Of a stretch of DNA of 64,000 nt, positions 11,634 through 24,231 are shown piece after piece. This DNA comes from Scenedesmus sp. PABB004 (Eukaryota): positions 930,001 through 994,000 of the forward strand of contig JABVCE010000012.1 of the NCBI GenBank assembly GCA_014905635.1. The letters are read 5' to 3'. Both the position numbers and the translations under genes were made by a program. The notes beneath the pieces are model-generated. The model was not told the origin of the DNA and did not search any database. It saw only the letters and a list, made by a program, of their open reading frames with translations. The first letter of the stretch is position 1. Every line of letters begins with the position of its first letter.

Positions 11634-14600
11634 TCACGCAGTGCCGCCCGCGAGCAGCCCGCCCCGCGGCGGGGCCATCGCCGCCGCATAGTCCGTCATC
11701 AGCCGCCGCCGCTCGCCCGCGCCCATGCTGCGCAGCGCCTCGCACAGGTCAGCCACGTGCTGCCCGCGCCACAGCGCGAGCGACGCGACGATCGCGCCGC
11801 CCTGCTCCGCGACGGTCGCGGCGGCCTCGAGCACGGCGGGCGGCGCGGCCGCGGCCGCCGCCTCGCGCGGGTCGGCCGGCGCCGCGTCGGCCGGCGCCGC
11901 GTCGGCCGGCGCCGGCGCGGGCTGCCGGCGCTGCGCAGCGCCGGACGGGCTGCGAGGCTCAGCCTTCAGCGCCGCGCGCCGCGCGCCCGGCGTGCCGCTA
12001 CCTGCCGCTGGCGCGGCCGCCGGCGTGAGCGGCGGCAGCGCGGGCGAGCGCCCCAGGCCGGCCGCGAGCATCTCCTGGAAGCCGCCCTGCAGCTCCGCGG
12101 CGCCCTCGTCGTCCGAGTCGGACTCGACCGTCGTGCGCGTGATGGCACGCAGCCGCCCCTGGTCGAGCGGCGCCAGGAACTGCGGGTGCAGAGCGGGCAG
12201 AGGGGAGGGGGACGGCTGGTTGGGCGGGCAGGCGGCTGCGGTCGCGCGTCCGCGGCAGCGCCGGCCGGGGCGCGCCGCGCGGCGCAAGCGCGCGGCGCTG
12301 GGTGCACCCGCGGCCCGCGGCCCGCAGCCCGGGCCCCGGCCACGCTGGCGCGCGCGCCTTGTCGTGGCGGTGCATGTGCATGATCAGCCCCTCGTCCTCC
12401 AGCGCCGCCATGGTCGGGTCGTCCAGCGCCAGCGTCGGCGGCGCCGCCAGCGCCGCCGCGGCGGCAGGGTCCGCCGCCGACGCGGCAGGCGGCGCATCGT
12501 CGTCGCCGTCGCTGCTGCTGAGCATGGCGTCGCTGCCGGGGTGGGCGCCGGCGCCGCCCGGCGCTGCCACGCCTGCCGCGGCCGCGTCCGCGTCCGCCTC
12601 CGAACCGCCGCCCGCGAGCCCCGGCACGGCGGCGAGCGCGTCGGCGCTCAGCGGCAGCGTCTCGGCGGCCAGCGCGGCCGCGCGCGCCGCGCTGTCGTCG
12701 CCGCGGGCTGCAGCCGCCGCGGCCGCCGCTCCCGGGTCGCTGATGTCGTCGTCGTCCAGCACCTGCCGCCGCCGCTTGCCGCGGCCCGAGCCGGGCCCCG
12801 CCGCCGGGCTGCCGTCCTCCGACGCACCGCCCTCGTCACCGTCGCCGCTGGGCCCGTCCGGCGTGCCGCCGCCGCCGCCGGCTCGGCCGAGCCGGCGCTT
12901 GGCGCGGCCAGTGGCGGCGGCGCCGGGGCTGCCGATGCCGCCGCGCGGCTCGTCGCCGCCGTCCTGTATGGCCGCGCCGACCGCGCCCTCCAGCTCCGCC
13001 ATGAGGCTCTGCGGCTCCGCCTCGAGCTCGCCCACGTCCACCAGCTCAAACGCGCGCCCCGCGGCCGCCGCGGCCGCCGCGCCCGCCGCCTCTTCGGCCT
13101 CACGTGCCTGCTCGGCCTCGTGCTCCCGCGCGCGCGCCGCGAGCTCCGCCGCCAGGCGCGCGTGCTCGCGGCTGCCCTCCTTGTAGGCCTGCGCGCGGGC
13201 GGCGCGCGGGCGCCGGCGCGCGCGCTCGCGCGGGCGCGGGCGCGGGCGCGGGTGCGCCCCGCTTGCCGCCTCCGATCGGGCCAACACCGCGCCTGCCCGG
13301 CGGCGGCCGCCGCGCGCCGCGCACCGCCAGGATGTTGCGCGTCACGACGGTGCGCCCGCTGAAGCGCAGGAGGTTGGAGAGGCCCCACAGCTCGCCCCGC
13401 TTGGTGGGGTCGCCCTGCGGCCCCGCGCACGCGCGCGGCGCCAAGGCGTCTCAGCCCCGTGCCGCCGCCCCGCGCCCCGCCCCGCGCCCCGCGCCCCGCC
13501 CCGCCGCGCCGCAGCGCCTCGCGCCACGCCGCCGGCGCGCCGGCGCCGCGGCCACGCACCTGCACGCCCACCCAGTAGCGCGCCTCCTGCCGGCCCTCCA
13601 GCACCATGTTGGTCTGCTGCTGCTTGTAGATCTGCCGCCGATACACCACCTCCTCAAGCGTGCCTGAACCGCCGCCGCCGGAGGGGCGCGGAGGGGCGCG
13701 GAGGGGCGCGGAGCGTCGGAGGGTCAGAGGGCCGGAGGCGAGGCCGCGGCGCGCCGGCAGCGAGCCCGTGCGAGGGCAAGCGCGCCCCCCGCACCCGTGG
13801 CCACGAGGCGGTACACCTCAACGTCGCGCGTCTGGCCCATGCGGTACGCGCGGTCCTGCGCCTGCAGGTCGCTCGCGGGGTTCCAGCTCGGGTCAAACAC
13901 GACCTGTCGCGCGACGCGCGCGTGGCGTGGCGGGGCGCTCGGCAACGCCGCCGCGCCGCGCCTCCGACGCAGCTCGCGCCGCGGGGCTGCCAAGCACAGC
14001 GCCGCGCCGCGCCGCGCGGCGGCCGGCCGCACCACTTTGTTGGCGGCCTGCGCGTTGATGCCCACGCCGCCTGCCTCGGTGGACATGAGGCAGAGGAAGA
14101 TGCTCGGCCGGCTGTTGAACGCGTCCACGACCGCCTGGCGGCGCTTCGCGGGCGTGCTGCCGTCGAGGCGCACGTAGTCGTACCCCGACCGCCCGACCGC
14201 GGCCTGCGGCGGTCGCGGGCGCCGCGGGGCTTGGGCGTTGCGCGGCGGGCCGCGGAGCTGGGGCGCCGCAGCGTGCGCAGCGCGCCGCGCCGCGCCGTGA
14301 CTGGCGCCGCGCGCGAGCGATCGCTCGCAAGCCATGCGAGCGTGTGTGCAAGGCTCCCCGGGCGTCGCCTCACCTCTATGAGGTTGAGGCAGCGCGTGCT
14401 GCGGCTGAACACAAGCACCTTGTTCTGCGCGCCGGGCTCGTCCGACCAGCGCTTGAGCAGCGTCTGCGCGGCGGCGGCGGCGACGGCGGCGGGGCTCGGG
14501 CGCGCGGCCGCCCGCCGAGCTCCGAGGCCCAGCGCCCGGGCCCGGCGAGCGCCGACCTGCAGCGCGGCCATCTTGCCGCAGTGGGTGTCGTCGCTCTTTT

Positions 14601-17600
14601 GCAGCCAGCCGCCGTCGTTGGCGACGGGGCCGCCCAGCGCGGCCGCGTCGTCGCCGAGGACGAGGCGTGACAGCGCCAGCTCGTACTCAAACTGTGGCGC
14701 GGCGGCAAGGGCGGCAAGGGCGGCGGGCGCTGAGGCGCCCGCGGCGTCGCTGCTCGCGCGGCCGCGTGTGCACGGGGCTGAAGCCCCATCCCCGCCGCGC
14801 GCGCGCCGCGCGCGCGCCGCGCGCGCGCCGCGCGCCGCGCCGCGCCTGGCCCTCGTCCGTCTCCTGCAGGCCCGCGTCGGGCCTGATGAGATCCAGGTGG
14901 TTGCTGCGTGTGCGTGTGTGCAGGGGGAGGCACGCAAGGCACGGGGCGCGGCGGGCGCAGCAAGCAGGGTTTTGGAGTCAGCGTGGGGCACCCCGCGCGC
15001 GCCGCCGGCGCGGCGCGTTGCCCGCTCGCCCGCTCGCGCGCCGCCGTCCGCTGAACCCTGAGCCCTGAACCCACCTGATCTTCTGCAGCACGTTGATGGC
15101 GGGCAGCATGATGCAGTAGGGGCAGATGAGCCTGCGCCCGAGGCAGGGGGCGCGCGAGGGCGCAGGGGGCGCGCGGCGGCGTCGGGCGGGGACGCGGCGG
15201 CGGCGGCGGCGGCCCTGCGTCGCGCCGCGCGGCGCTCCGCCATGCCCGCGCCCGCGCCCGCGCCGCACGGGGGGTTGCGGCCAAGGCTCATGTAGTACTC
15301 GATGCAGCCGTACGGGCGGTGATACTTGCAGTCCTCGTCGTCGCAGTCGCACATGTGGTAGCGCGGCCACAGCACGCCGCCCGCGTCCGGCGGGACCATG
15401 CCCTCCGACCTGTTGGGAGGCGATGTGGCGGCGGGGCGGGCGCGCGCGGGGCGGGGTGGGGAGGGGGGGGCGTTGACGCGGCGACGCGGCGCGCGGGCGC
15501 GGCCGGGCGGCGGGCCGGGACCTGGCGCTGGCGCGGCGGGGCCTCTGCCCCGCGCCCCTGCGCGCACTGGTAGCAGCAGGCGATGCGCTTTGAGCCCGAC
15601 CCGCAGTCGCAGAGGCGCCCCGCGCGGACGAGCGCCTGGAAGTCGGGGCTCGCGAGCGTGCGGTCGTACGCCCTGCGCGGCCGGGCGCGCGCGCGGGCGG
15701 GTCAGTCAGTCTGCTCGGGGCCGCGCCGCCGCGCCGCCCGCCGCGGTGACTGGCTGACGCTGCTGACACTGCTCGCGGCCGCCCTGCGGCGCGCCTGTAC
15801 TGCAGGGGCTTGAGCGCGGTGAAGACTATGACGTCGCGCTTGCGGGGCAGCTGGTCGGCGATGATGGCCTTGGTGCGGCGCAGGTACACCTGGCGAGCAG
15901 GTCCAGGGAGGGCCGCCGGCAGTCAGGGAGAGGGCGGAGGGCGGCGCGGCGTCAGCGAGATGGCGGAGGCGGAGGGGGGCGGGCCGATGGCGGCGGCGGC
16001 GGCGGGCGCCGCGGCCGCGCCTTGCTCAGCGCGGTCTGCAGCTTCACCAGCCGCTCCGCGCCCTTCTGCTGCTGCCACGCCGCCGCGGTGCTGCTCTGGC
16101 CGACGCGGATCGGGTTGCTGTAGTACCTGCGGTGGCGCGGCGCGGCGCGGCGGAGGCGCGGCGGCGTCGGCGCGCGCTGGACGCGCGCGGTGGCGCAGCC
16201 CCGCGCCCCCGAGCTTCGCACGCGCGCGCGCGCTCCCCGCCCGCTCACTCCTTGAAGGCGTCGCGGTCGCCGAGGCAGCCGGGGGAGAGGAGGTTGAGGA
16301 TGCCCCAGAGCTCCTCGTGCTTGTTGGGCATGATCGTGCCTGCCGGCAACGCACGGCAACCACAGCACGGCGAAGGGGTTTGAAACGCGTCTCGCGGCCT
16401 CGCCCCGACCGCCGGGCGCCGCGGCACGCACGCGCGGCGCGCGGCTGGCGGCGGCGGGCGCGGCTGGGCGCGCGGCGCGCACCAGACAGGCCGTAGCGCA
16501 GCCCCGGGAGGCGCGCCGCGGCCTTGTAGGTGGCGCTCTTGGGGTTCTTGAGCTTGTGCACCTGCCAGGCATGTGCGTGCACGCACGGCGGCAGCGGCAG
16601 CAGCGGCATCATCAGCGGCAGGGGGCGGCCGGCGGTGGGCGGCGCGGGGGTCAGCGCAGGCGGCGGGCACGGGCGCGGGCAATGCGGGGCGCTGGGCGGG
16701 CGATGCGGGGCGCGGCGGGCGTGCCTCGTCAAAGATGGCCATGTAGGGGCGCATCGCTGCGGCAGCGCAAGGCGGCACGGGGCGGCGCGGGGCGGGGCGG
16801 CGTGGCGCCCTAAGGCGCGCTCCAAGCGGCGCGCGCGGGGCACGCACTCGGGCGCAGCGTGCGCAGCGCGCAGCACGCGCAGCACGCGCAGCACGCGCAG
16901 CACGCGCAGCGCGTGCAGCGCGCGCACCCAGGATGTCCTCAATCTTGTTGCGCAGCGCGTCGTAGCTGCACAGCACGACCTCGAGGCTGCCCAGCTGCGC
17001 GGCCTCGGCGACGCCGGGCGCGCCGGGGCCCTGGAACTTGCCGACCTGCGCGGCGGCAGTAGTGGCGGCGAGGGCGGCCAGCGGGGCGGGTCTGCGTGGC
17101 GGCGGCCGCGGCGCGCGCGAGCGGCGCGCGCAAGCGGCGCGCGCGGGGCGCGGCGTGGCGGCCCGCGCGCCCGCGCCTGGAAGTGGCCCCACTGGCTCAG
17201 CTCGCGCGCCCAGTTGTCGAGCACCGACGTGGGGGCCACCACGAGGATGGGCCAGCGAATGCTCGCCTCAAAGCGCCGCTGCTGCTGGCTGCCGCCGCCG
17301 CTGGCGCCGCCGCTGGCGTCGCCGCCGCCCTCGCCCTGCGAGCCCGGCTGCGACCCGCGCGCGCCGCCCGCCGCGGCCTCGGCGGCCGCGCGCTCCGCCT
17401 GCTGGCGCCTGAAGGTCGCGTGGCTGCGCGGCACCGCGTCGGCGAGCGTGCCCGTCTTGCACAGCAGCGCGGCAATGAACGAGACGGCCTGCGCGCCGGG
17501 CGGGCCGGCAGGGCGGGCGTGGCGGCGCGCGCGGGGGCTCGGCCGGCCGGCGCGCAGCGCAGGGACCGAGCGGCGGCGCGCGGGGCCGCGCGTGAGCCGC

Positions 17601-19426
17601 GCCGCGCTGCCGCGCCGACGCGGGCGCGCATGGGCGCCCAGGGCGCGCGCCGGGCCGCGCCGCCGCGCCTGCACGGTCTTGCCGAGGCCCATGTCGTCGC
17701 ACAGCACGCCGCCTTGCTCCTTGGCAAAGAGGCCGAACAGGAAGCGCACGCCCTCGCGCTGGTAGTCCCTGAGGTGGCGGTTGATCGACGCGGGGACCTG
17801 CGCGGCCGCGGCCGGGCGGCGGGGTGCGCCGGCGTCGGCGTGCGGCGGCGCTCGTTGCGCGGGCGCGCGGGTGGGGGCGCGGCGAGCGGCCGCGGGCGGG
17901 CGGCGCGGCACGCGCCTCGAGGCGCAGGCCGCGCCGCGGCGCCTCCAGCACGAGCGGCGCCGGCGGCGGCTCGCCCGGCGCGACCGGCAGCGTCGTGAGC
18001 AGCGGCGGCGCGCTGGGCGCGGAGGGGTCAAAGCCGGCCGCAGGGTCGGCGGCCTCCGGCCCGCCCGCGCGCGCGGCGCGGCCGCCACGCGCGCTGCGGT
18101 CCCCGCCGGCGCGCGGCCGGCCGGCGGCGCTGCTGGCGCGCGCGGCGCCGCGCCGGCCGCGGCCCGTGCCCGAGCCCGCGGCCGCGTCCGGGTCAACGCC
18201 GCCCGGGTCGGCCTCCTCCTCCAGCGCCGCGCCCTCCTCCCAGTCGCTGCTGGGCGCGGCGTCGCCGCCGCCCGACGGCGCCTCGTGCTGCTCGGCCTCC
18301 CACTCCTGCTGCGCCGCCGCCGCGGACAGGCGGCGGCGCCGCTTCCTGCGCGGCTGCTGCGCCTCCTGCTCCGCCGCCTGCTCGGGCCGGCCCTCCTCCT
18401 CATCATCGTCGTCATCGTCGTCCCAGAGCAGGTCAGCCGCGCGGTCTGCGTCGGCCTTGTCCCACTACGAGCGCGGGCGGCGGGCCGGCGCGCGTCGGCA
18501 GGCAGCGGGGCGCGCGTGCGCTCGCAGCGGCGCGCAAGCGCGCCCGCAACGCGCGCACTCACGCGCGCGCCGACGTCGCCGCCGGCCGAGTCGCCGCCGC
18601 CGAGGGCCGCGCCGCCGCTGGGCGCCGCCGAGGGCGGCGACAGCCCGAACCAGCTGCGGCTGCCCGACGAGATGTGCCAGTCGGCGTGGTGCGCCTGGTG
18701 GTGCGCGCCCGTCAGCTGGTGCGGCGAGTGGGGGTGGGTCTGGTCGTGCGGCGAGAGGGGGTGCGCCTGGCTTTGCGCGCCCGCCGGCCGGTGCGGCGCC
18801 GGCGTCTGGCCGGGAGCGGGCGGCGGCGCGTGCGCCACCGCGTCCGCCGCCGCCAGCACAGAGGGCTGCTGGGTGGCGCCGTCGGCCGGCTGCGTGGCCG
18901 CGCCGCCGCCGCCGCCGCCGCAGCTGCCTGGCAGGCGCCGGCGCGGCTGCGGCGCGCCGGGCGCGCGCGCCGCCGGCGGCGCTAGCGCGGGTGGCGCGTG
19001 CTGGAACGGCAGCAGAGCGGACGCCTGGCTGCTGCCGGCGCCATCACCGCCTGCGTGCGGAGCGGAGCGGGCGGGCGGGGTCGCCGCCGCTGCTGCTGCT
19101 CCGCGCGCGCCGCACGCGCCCCAGCCGCGACCGCGCGCCGCGCGCGCCCAGGCACGGAGCGGCCGCGCCATGGGCTCACCCGGGAGCGGCGGCAGGCGGC
19201 GCTTGGGGCGCTCCGGCAGCGGCGCCGGCGCCGGCGCCGCGGCGGGCGGCGCGGGCTGCGCGGGCGGCGCGGGCTGCAAGGAGGAGGCCGCCCGGTTGCG
19301 CTCGCGCTCCAGGAGTGCCTTGAGCGAGACCTGCGCGCGCGGTCGGAGCGGTGGGCCTTCGCAATGCTGGGGCGTGCTGCGCTCGACGGGCCGCCCGACC
19401 TTGGGGCGGTCCTCCCCGGTGCTCAT
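11634..19426 (-). CDS. ERCC6L2: SNF2-family helicase, ERCC6L2 / plant Switch 2 type (DNA repair)
   Basis: [52 protein letters not shown], the subfamily Cys insert (CDCGS..CC..CPYC), [64 protein letters not shown]. Acidic low-complexity C-terminus. Confidence 0.9.
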
Positions 19427-19617
19427 CGCATGGCCTCCCCGAAGCTCAGCGCGGCGCGGAGGCGCGCCAGCCGCGCTCGCGGAGGAGCTGTGAGCGGCGG
19501 CGCGGTGCGGAGCAGCGGAGGCGCGCGGACGCTGCTGGCAACGCTTGAGCGCGGTCCGACGCCGTGTGGTAGCTCTACGCGGGCGCGGGCGCCGGGCTCA
19601 GCGCAGCGTGCAGAGCA

Positions 19618-19750
19618 CGCGTCACGTCACGACGCCACGACGTCCGCTCGCCAAAACAGAGCGCTTACAGGCACGCCGCGCGCCGCGTCCAATGCGACGG
19701 GCCCCGCGGCGGCGCTTTTCCAATATGGACCGGACGCCCCGACGTCACGC
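19618..19750. promoter_or_regulatory. putative promoter of the SNF2 gene (E2F-like site, CCAAT boxes, ACGTCA motifs)
   Basis: CTCGCCAAAA at 19647-19656 (TTTTGGCG on minus strand), CCAAT at 19689 and 19720, and repeated ACGTCAC motifs 200-320 bp upstream of the ATG. Motif matches only. Confidence 0.3.
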
Positions 19751-20874
19751 AGCCGCGCCTGGCGACCCGCGCCGCCGCGGACGGCGGCGGCGGCCCCCCA
19801 AGCCCGACCCGTGCGAACCACTGTGCGGTGCGACCCGTCCTGCGCCCTCTGGGCGCGCATGCGTGTGGTGCCGGGCGGCGCGCGCCTGGCAACGCGGCCG
19901 CCCGGCGCAGCCAGCCACGCGTGGTGGTGGTGCTGCAATGCCTGCATTGCAGGTGCGTGCTGCCGTCAAAACCAACCCCAACGCCACGCACCCGCCCCGC
20001 GCACGTCGCCGGGGAGGGGAGGCTGCTGCTGAAGCCAGCCAACAGCGCGCGCCCAGAGGGCAGACGACGACGACCACGCCCGCGCCTGCTTCGCGGCGGC
20101 GGAGACGCGCCGCCCGCCCGTCCCTTGCGCCCGTGTGCCTTGATCCCGCGCCCGCCGCATCAAAGTCGGTGGTAGTAGGCGGCCGGCCGGCGGCGCATGC
20201 CACGATGCCGGGCCGCCGAAGCGAGGCCGAGATGAGAGGTTCAAGAGCTGTGTCGGCAGGAGCGAATGCGGCACTGATGGGCAAAAGCAACGAGAGAAAG
20301 AAGAAGTGGCCCACGCCCCGGCACCGCCAAAGGGAAGGCGGCGCGGCCGCGCCCGCGCCCGCCGCCCCGGTGCTCGCAGGGCGCGCGTGCGCGCCCCGGG
20401 CGCGGCGGCCGGCGGGCGCGCGCGCGGCCGCGTGGGGAGGGGGTGCGTGCGCGCGTCTGGGTCGGCCGGCGCCGCCCCCGCCGCGCCGCGCGCCTGCGCG
20501 CGGCGCGCCTGCTATACCTTCTCATACAGCGCGAATATACCCCCGCCGCTGCCAGGCATGCCAGCAGCGGCTCCCACGCGTTCACGCCCCCCGCCGGTGC
20601 TACTACTTGGCATGCTACTACGGACGCCCCGGCAGGCAAGCACGCCAGGCGGCGGCGCGCGGCGCGCGCGCGCGCGCGGCGCAGGGGTGGGGCCATGCCC
20701 TGCGCACGCGCCCCTGCTGCCCGCGCGCGCGCGCGCGGCCGCAGAGGAATGCACAGTACCAGCTGCTGCGGCGCCGCGCTGTTCACGCGCCGTTCGGAGA
20801 CCCCCTCCCTCCCTCCCCCTGCTCCCCCCGCGGCGCGCCGCACGGCGGCGGCGCTGCGCTCCCCAGCTGCGACC

Positions 20875-22927
20875 TCAGTAGCGTGCGATGGCCGCCGGCG
20901 CGGCGGCCGCATCCGTCAGTGCGAGGCAGTTGACCGACGCAGGCAGCGCCGCGAGCAGGCTCCAGCCGCCGTAGCCGCCGCCCGGCAGCGCCGCGCCGAG
21001 CAGCACGTGCCCGCTGCCGCAGCCGAGCAGCAGGCCGCCCGGCACGCACAGCGCGACGGGCGCGCGCGCAAACGCGGCGGCGCCGGCGCCGGCGGCCGCC
21101 GCCGCGTCGGCGACGTCGTCGGTGATGTTGGTCCACCGCCGGCCGCCGTCGACCGACTCGAACAAGCTGCACCCGATCTCGGGGGGCTTGTCCGCCGACA
21201 CGAGGACCAGGCGGCCCTTCTGGTAGGGACTCACGGCCATGCCGACAGAGTACCTGCGCGCGCGGGGCGCGGGGCGGGGCGGGGCAGTCAGCTGGCCGTC
21301 GCAGCGCACAGCGGCGGGCAGCCGCGGCCGGCGGCCGGCGGCCGCCGCGCGCCGCACCTGTAGCCGAACAGGCGCTTCCACTTCTGGCCGCGCCCGCGGC
21401 TGCGGTACAGCCCGCCCGGCAGGCTGCCGCTGCCGGCGACGGCGTAGAGCCGCCGCGTGCTGAAGGGGTCGGGCTGCAGCGCCTGCACGTCGCGGCACAG
21501 GCCCTCGCTGCTGTCGCTCCAGCGCGCGTCCGGCGGCGCGGCGGCGGTCGCCGCCGCCGCGAACGGCGACGCCCCCTGCGCGGCGGGCGGCGCCGGCTGC
21601 TGCTGCTGCTGCTGCTGCGCCTGCGCCTGCGCCGCCGCGTCGCCGCTGGGCCCGAAGAGCTGCACGCCGCCCACCTCGACGCCCACGAGCAGCTGCCCGG
21701 CGCCGCCGCACGCGGCGCAGCCGCCGGCGCCCGCGCCGCAGCCGCACGCGGCGCGGCGCTTGCTGCCGCCGCCGGGCGCGGCGCTGATCGCGCGCACGGA
21801 CGGCTCCTGGCACGTGCTGCGGCTGAACCACTGCCCCGCGTCCGGCACGCCCGCCAGGCCGCTGCTGGCCCAGCTCGCGCCGCCGTCGTCGCTCACGATC
21901 ACGTCCGCGGGCTGCGTGCCGACGTAGATGCGCCGGCTCGCGCCGCCGCGCCGCGCGGGCGCGCCGAGCGCCGCGCAGCGCGCGTCGCCCGACCAGAGCT
22001 GTGCCACGCTATGCGCCGCGCCGCCGCCCGGCAGCGCCGCGGCGGCGCCGCTGTCGCCGGAGCAGTCGGCGGCGGGCGGCGCCGCAGGCGCCGGTGCGGG
22101 CGCCGAGGCGCCGAGGCGCACCGCGTACACGCCCGCGGCCGCGGGCGCCGCCGCGCCGCCGCGCCGCGCGTCGCCGGGCGCGGGGCAGCACGCGAGCGCG
22201 ACGCCGTCGCCGCCGTACGCGAGGTGGCCGACGCTGGTGCCGGCGAGGCCGACCAGCTGCAGGTCGCGCGACGCGAGGTCCAGCAGGTACAGGCCGGCGC
22301 CCGTGCCGACGAGCAGCTGCGCCGCCGCCGCCGCGGCCGCGGGCTGCCGGGGCGGCGCGGGCGCGGCCGTCGCGGTCGGCTGCTCCACGCTCTCGTCGGC
22401 GGCGCCGCCGCAGGAGGGCGCGAGGCCGTTGAGCGCGGGGCTGAGCACGCTGCACGCGGCGCCGCCCCAGGCGTCCGCGGTGCTGCCGGCCGCGTCGCTG
22501 TCGTGGCCGGCCAGCAGGCCCGCGAGGCTGCTCGGCGCGCCCGGCACGGCCGCCGGGCCGGCGCCGAGCGCGGCCGCCGCCTTGCCGGCGCTGCGGCCCT
22601 CCCAGGCGCCGCTGCGTGAGGCGTAGGGGTGAACGCCCTCGTTGTTGGCGAAGCCGCTCGACGAGTTGCTGACGTTGCGCCGCAGCACGCGCGCACGCGG
22701 CGCCGACCTGCGCAGCGCGGCGGCCGGCGCGGCGGTGGCGTGAGGCCGTGGCGCGCGAGGCGCGTCCCCGGCGCGCGGGAGGCCCAGATCTCGGCCGCCC
22801 TAGACCGCACGGCGGCCGGGCGCCGTGCGACTGGGCTACTATGGCATCCCGCCGCCCGCCGCGCCCGCCGAGCGCCTCACATGTCGTCTGGTGGCGCCCA
22901 GGACGGGGAGCAGTTCGAACCGCACAT
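20875..22927 (-). CDS. BNR/Asp-box beta-propeller protein (bacterial glycosyl-hydrolase/sialidase-like fold)
   Basis: Asp-box-like SDDGGASW, SRGRGQKW and SVDGGRRW, plus IYVGTQPA, LLVGVEVGGV and DVQALQPDP...LYAVAG. The first exon MCGSNC...DD AT|gtgagg splices to G TCG GCG in frame. Confidence 0.7.
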
Positions 22928-23077
22928 GTCAAGAGCCGCGCGAGGACGCTGGAGCGCCACAGGCGGGCGTGGGCCGGCCGCAACGAGGCCGCACCACCAA
23001 CACCTTCCCTGCGACGTCGCGAGGTCCCGCTGGCTCAAAACGCCTCGCTCACGTTGCCAAGCGCGTGGGCGCGCCCG

Positions 23078-24231
23078 CGGCGACGCCGGCTGCGGCGCGG
23101 CGCGGGGCGCGGGGCGAGGCGCGCGGTGGCGGGCGCGGGGGCACGCGCGTGCGCGGGGCGCTGGGATGAACGCCACGGATCGGCGCGGGACGCTTGCGAG
23201 TGTGTGGAGCGGGGCGCGGGCGCGACAGGTGCTGGCCGCATATAGAGAACCACCGACCGCTCACAAATATCTCCGCTCCGCTACAACTCACACTCCGTCC
23301 ATGGACAAATGTGAGGGATGTCCGGCGCGCTGGGCACCTCCTGCAGCACGCTCGCGCGCCGCCGCGCGCGCGGGAGGCCTGCCGAGGGCCGGTCAATGTG
23401 GTCAGCGCGCCGGGCCCGCCGCCTCGCCACCGCCCCACAGGCCACCAGCGCGCCCGCCGTGGCTGGTGTTGCTGCGGGCGCGCGACGGCCGAAGCTGCCA
23501 GGCTGCTGCAGGCCTGCAGCGCGGCTCCCAGGAGCCGCGGCGGCGCGCCCACCACGGTGACTCGCGGCCGGCGGCCGCACGCGGCGCGCGGCCCGCCGTG
23601 CCGTGGCCTCTGGCGCGCGCCCGCGAGGATCAAGTTCTGTTTCCATGCTGCGCGGCCGGCAGCGACACAGGTCGGCACAGGCCGCCGCTCCCACAACTGC
23701 CGGCGCCCCCTGCCTCGCGGCAGGGGAGCGCGAGGCGTCCGCCCCAGACCACCCCATGCACGCCCCGGCGCGTCGGCCCCGTTTTGCACCCCATCAGCGA
23801 CCGCGCGCTGCGCGCGCGCGCGCGCCCCCCAATCGCTTGGCGCAAGTGTCGTGTGTTCCGCCAGGCCGCAAGCGTTGCGCCAGCTGCCCGCGCGGCGGCT
23901 GCTCGCCGCCGCAGAGCTCGCCGCCTCTGCACAGCCGCCGCAGCCTGCCGGCCGCGCGCGACAGCGTGCGGCCTCACGCAGCCGCGTGGCGGCGTTCCTC
24001 TAGGGTTTGGAGCTGCGCGCGCGCACTCTGAGCTGCGCAGCATGAAACGACAAAGAGAGAGGTGGGGAGACGGCTCTGTTCTCTTAGGCTCTACTGTCGC
24101 TGATCGCCGCCGCAGCGCGGCGCCAGCGCCCTGGCGGCTGCTCGCCGGGGGCCGCGCGCGGGCGCGGCCGTGTGCTGCGTGCACCACGTGGCCGGCCCGG
24201 GTTGGTTGATACATCAAGACTGCCGCTGACA
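23078..24231. repeat. tandem duplication, copy 1 (about 1.15 kb)
   Basis: Colinear with 24232-25460. Shared blocks include ATAGAGAACCACCGACCGCTCACAAATATCTCC...ATGGACAAATGTGAGG, GAGGATCAAGTTCTGTTTCCATG and CATGAAACGACAAAGAGAGAGG. Confidence 0.95.

Noticed and set aside
20515..20525. ATACCTTCTC resembling the U2 snRNA 5' end
   Set aside because: The match stops after about 10 nt; no branch-pairing GTAGTA in the right place and no Sm site.
23301..23350. MDKCEGC... as a metallothionein or small peptide gene
   Set aside because: The Cys pattern is not continued, and a 10-bp indel between the copies shifts the frame.
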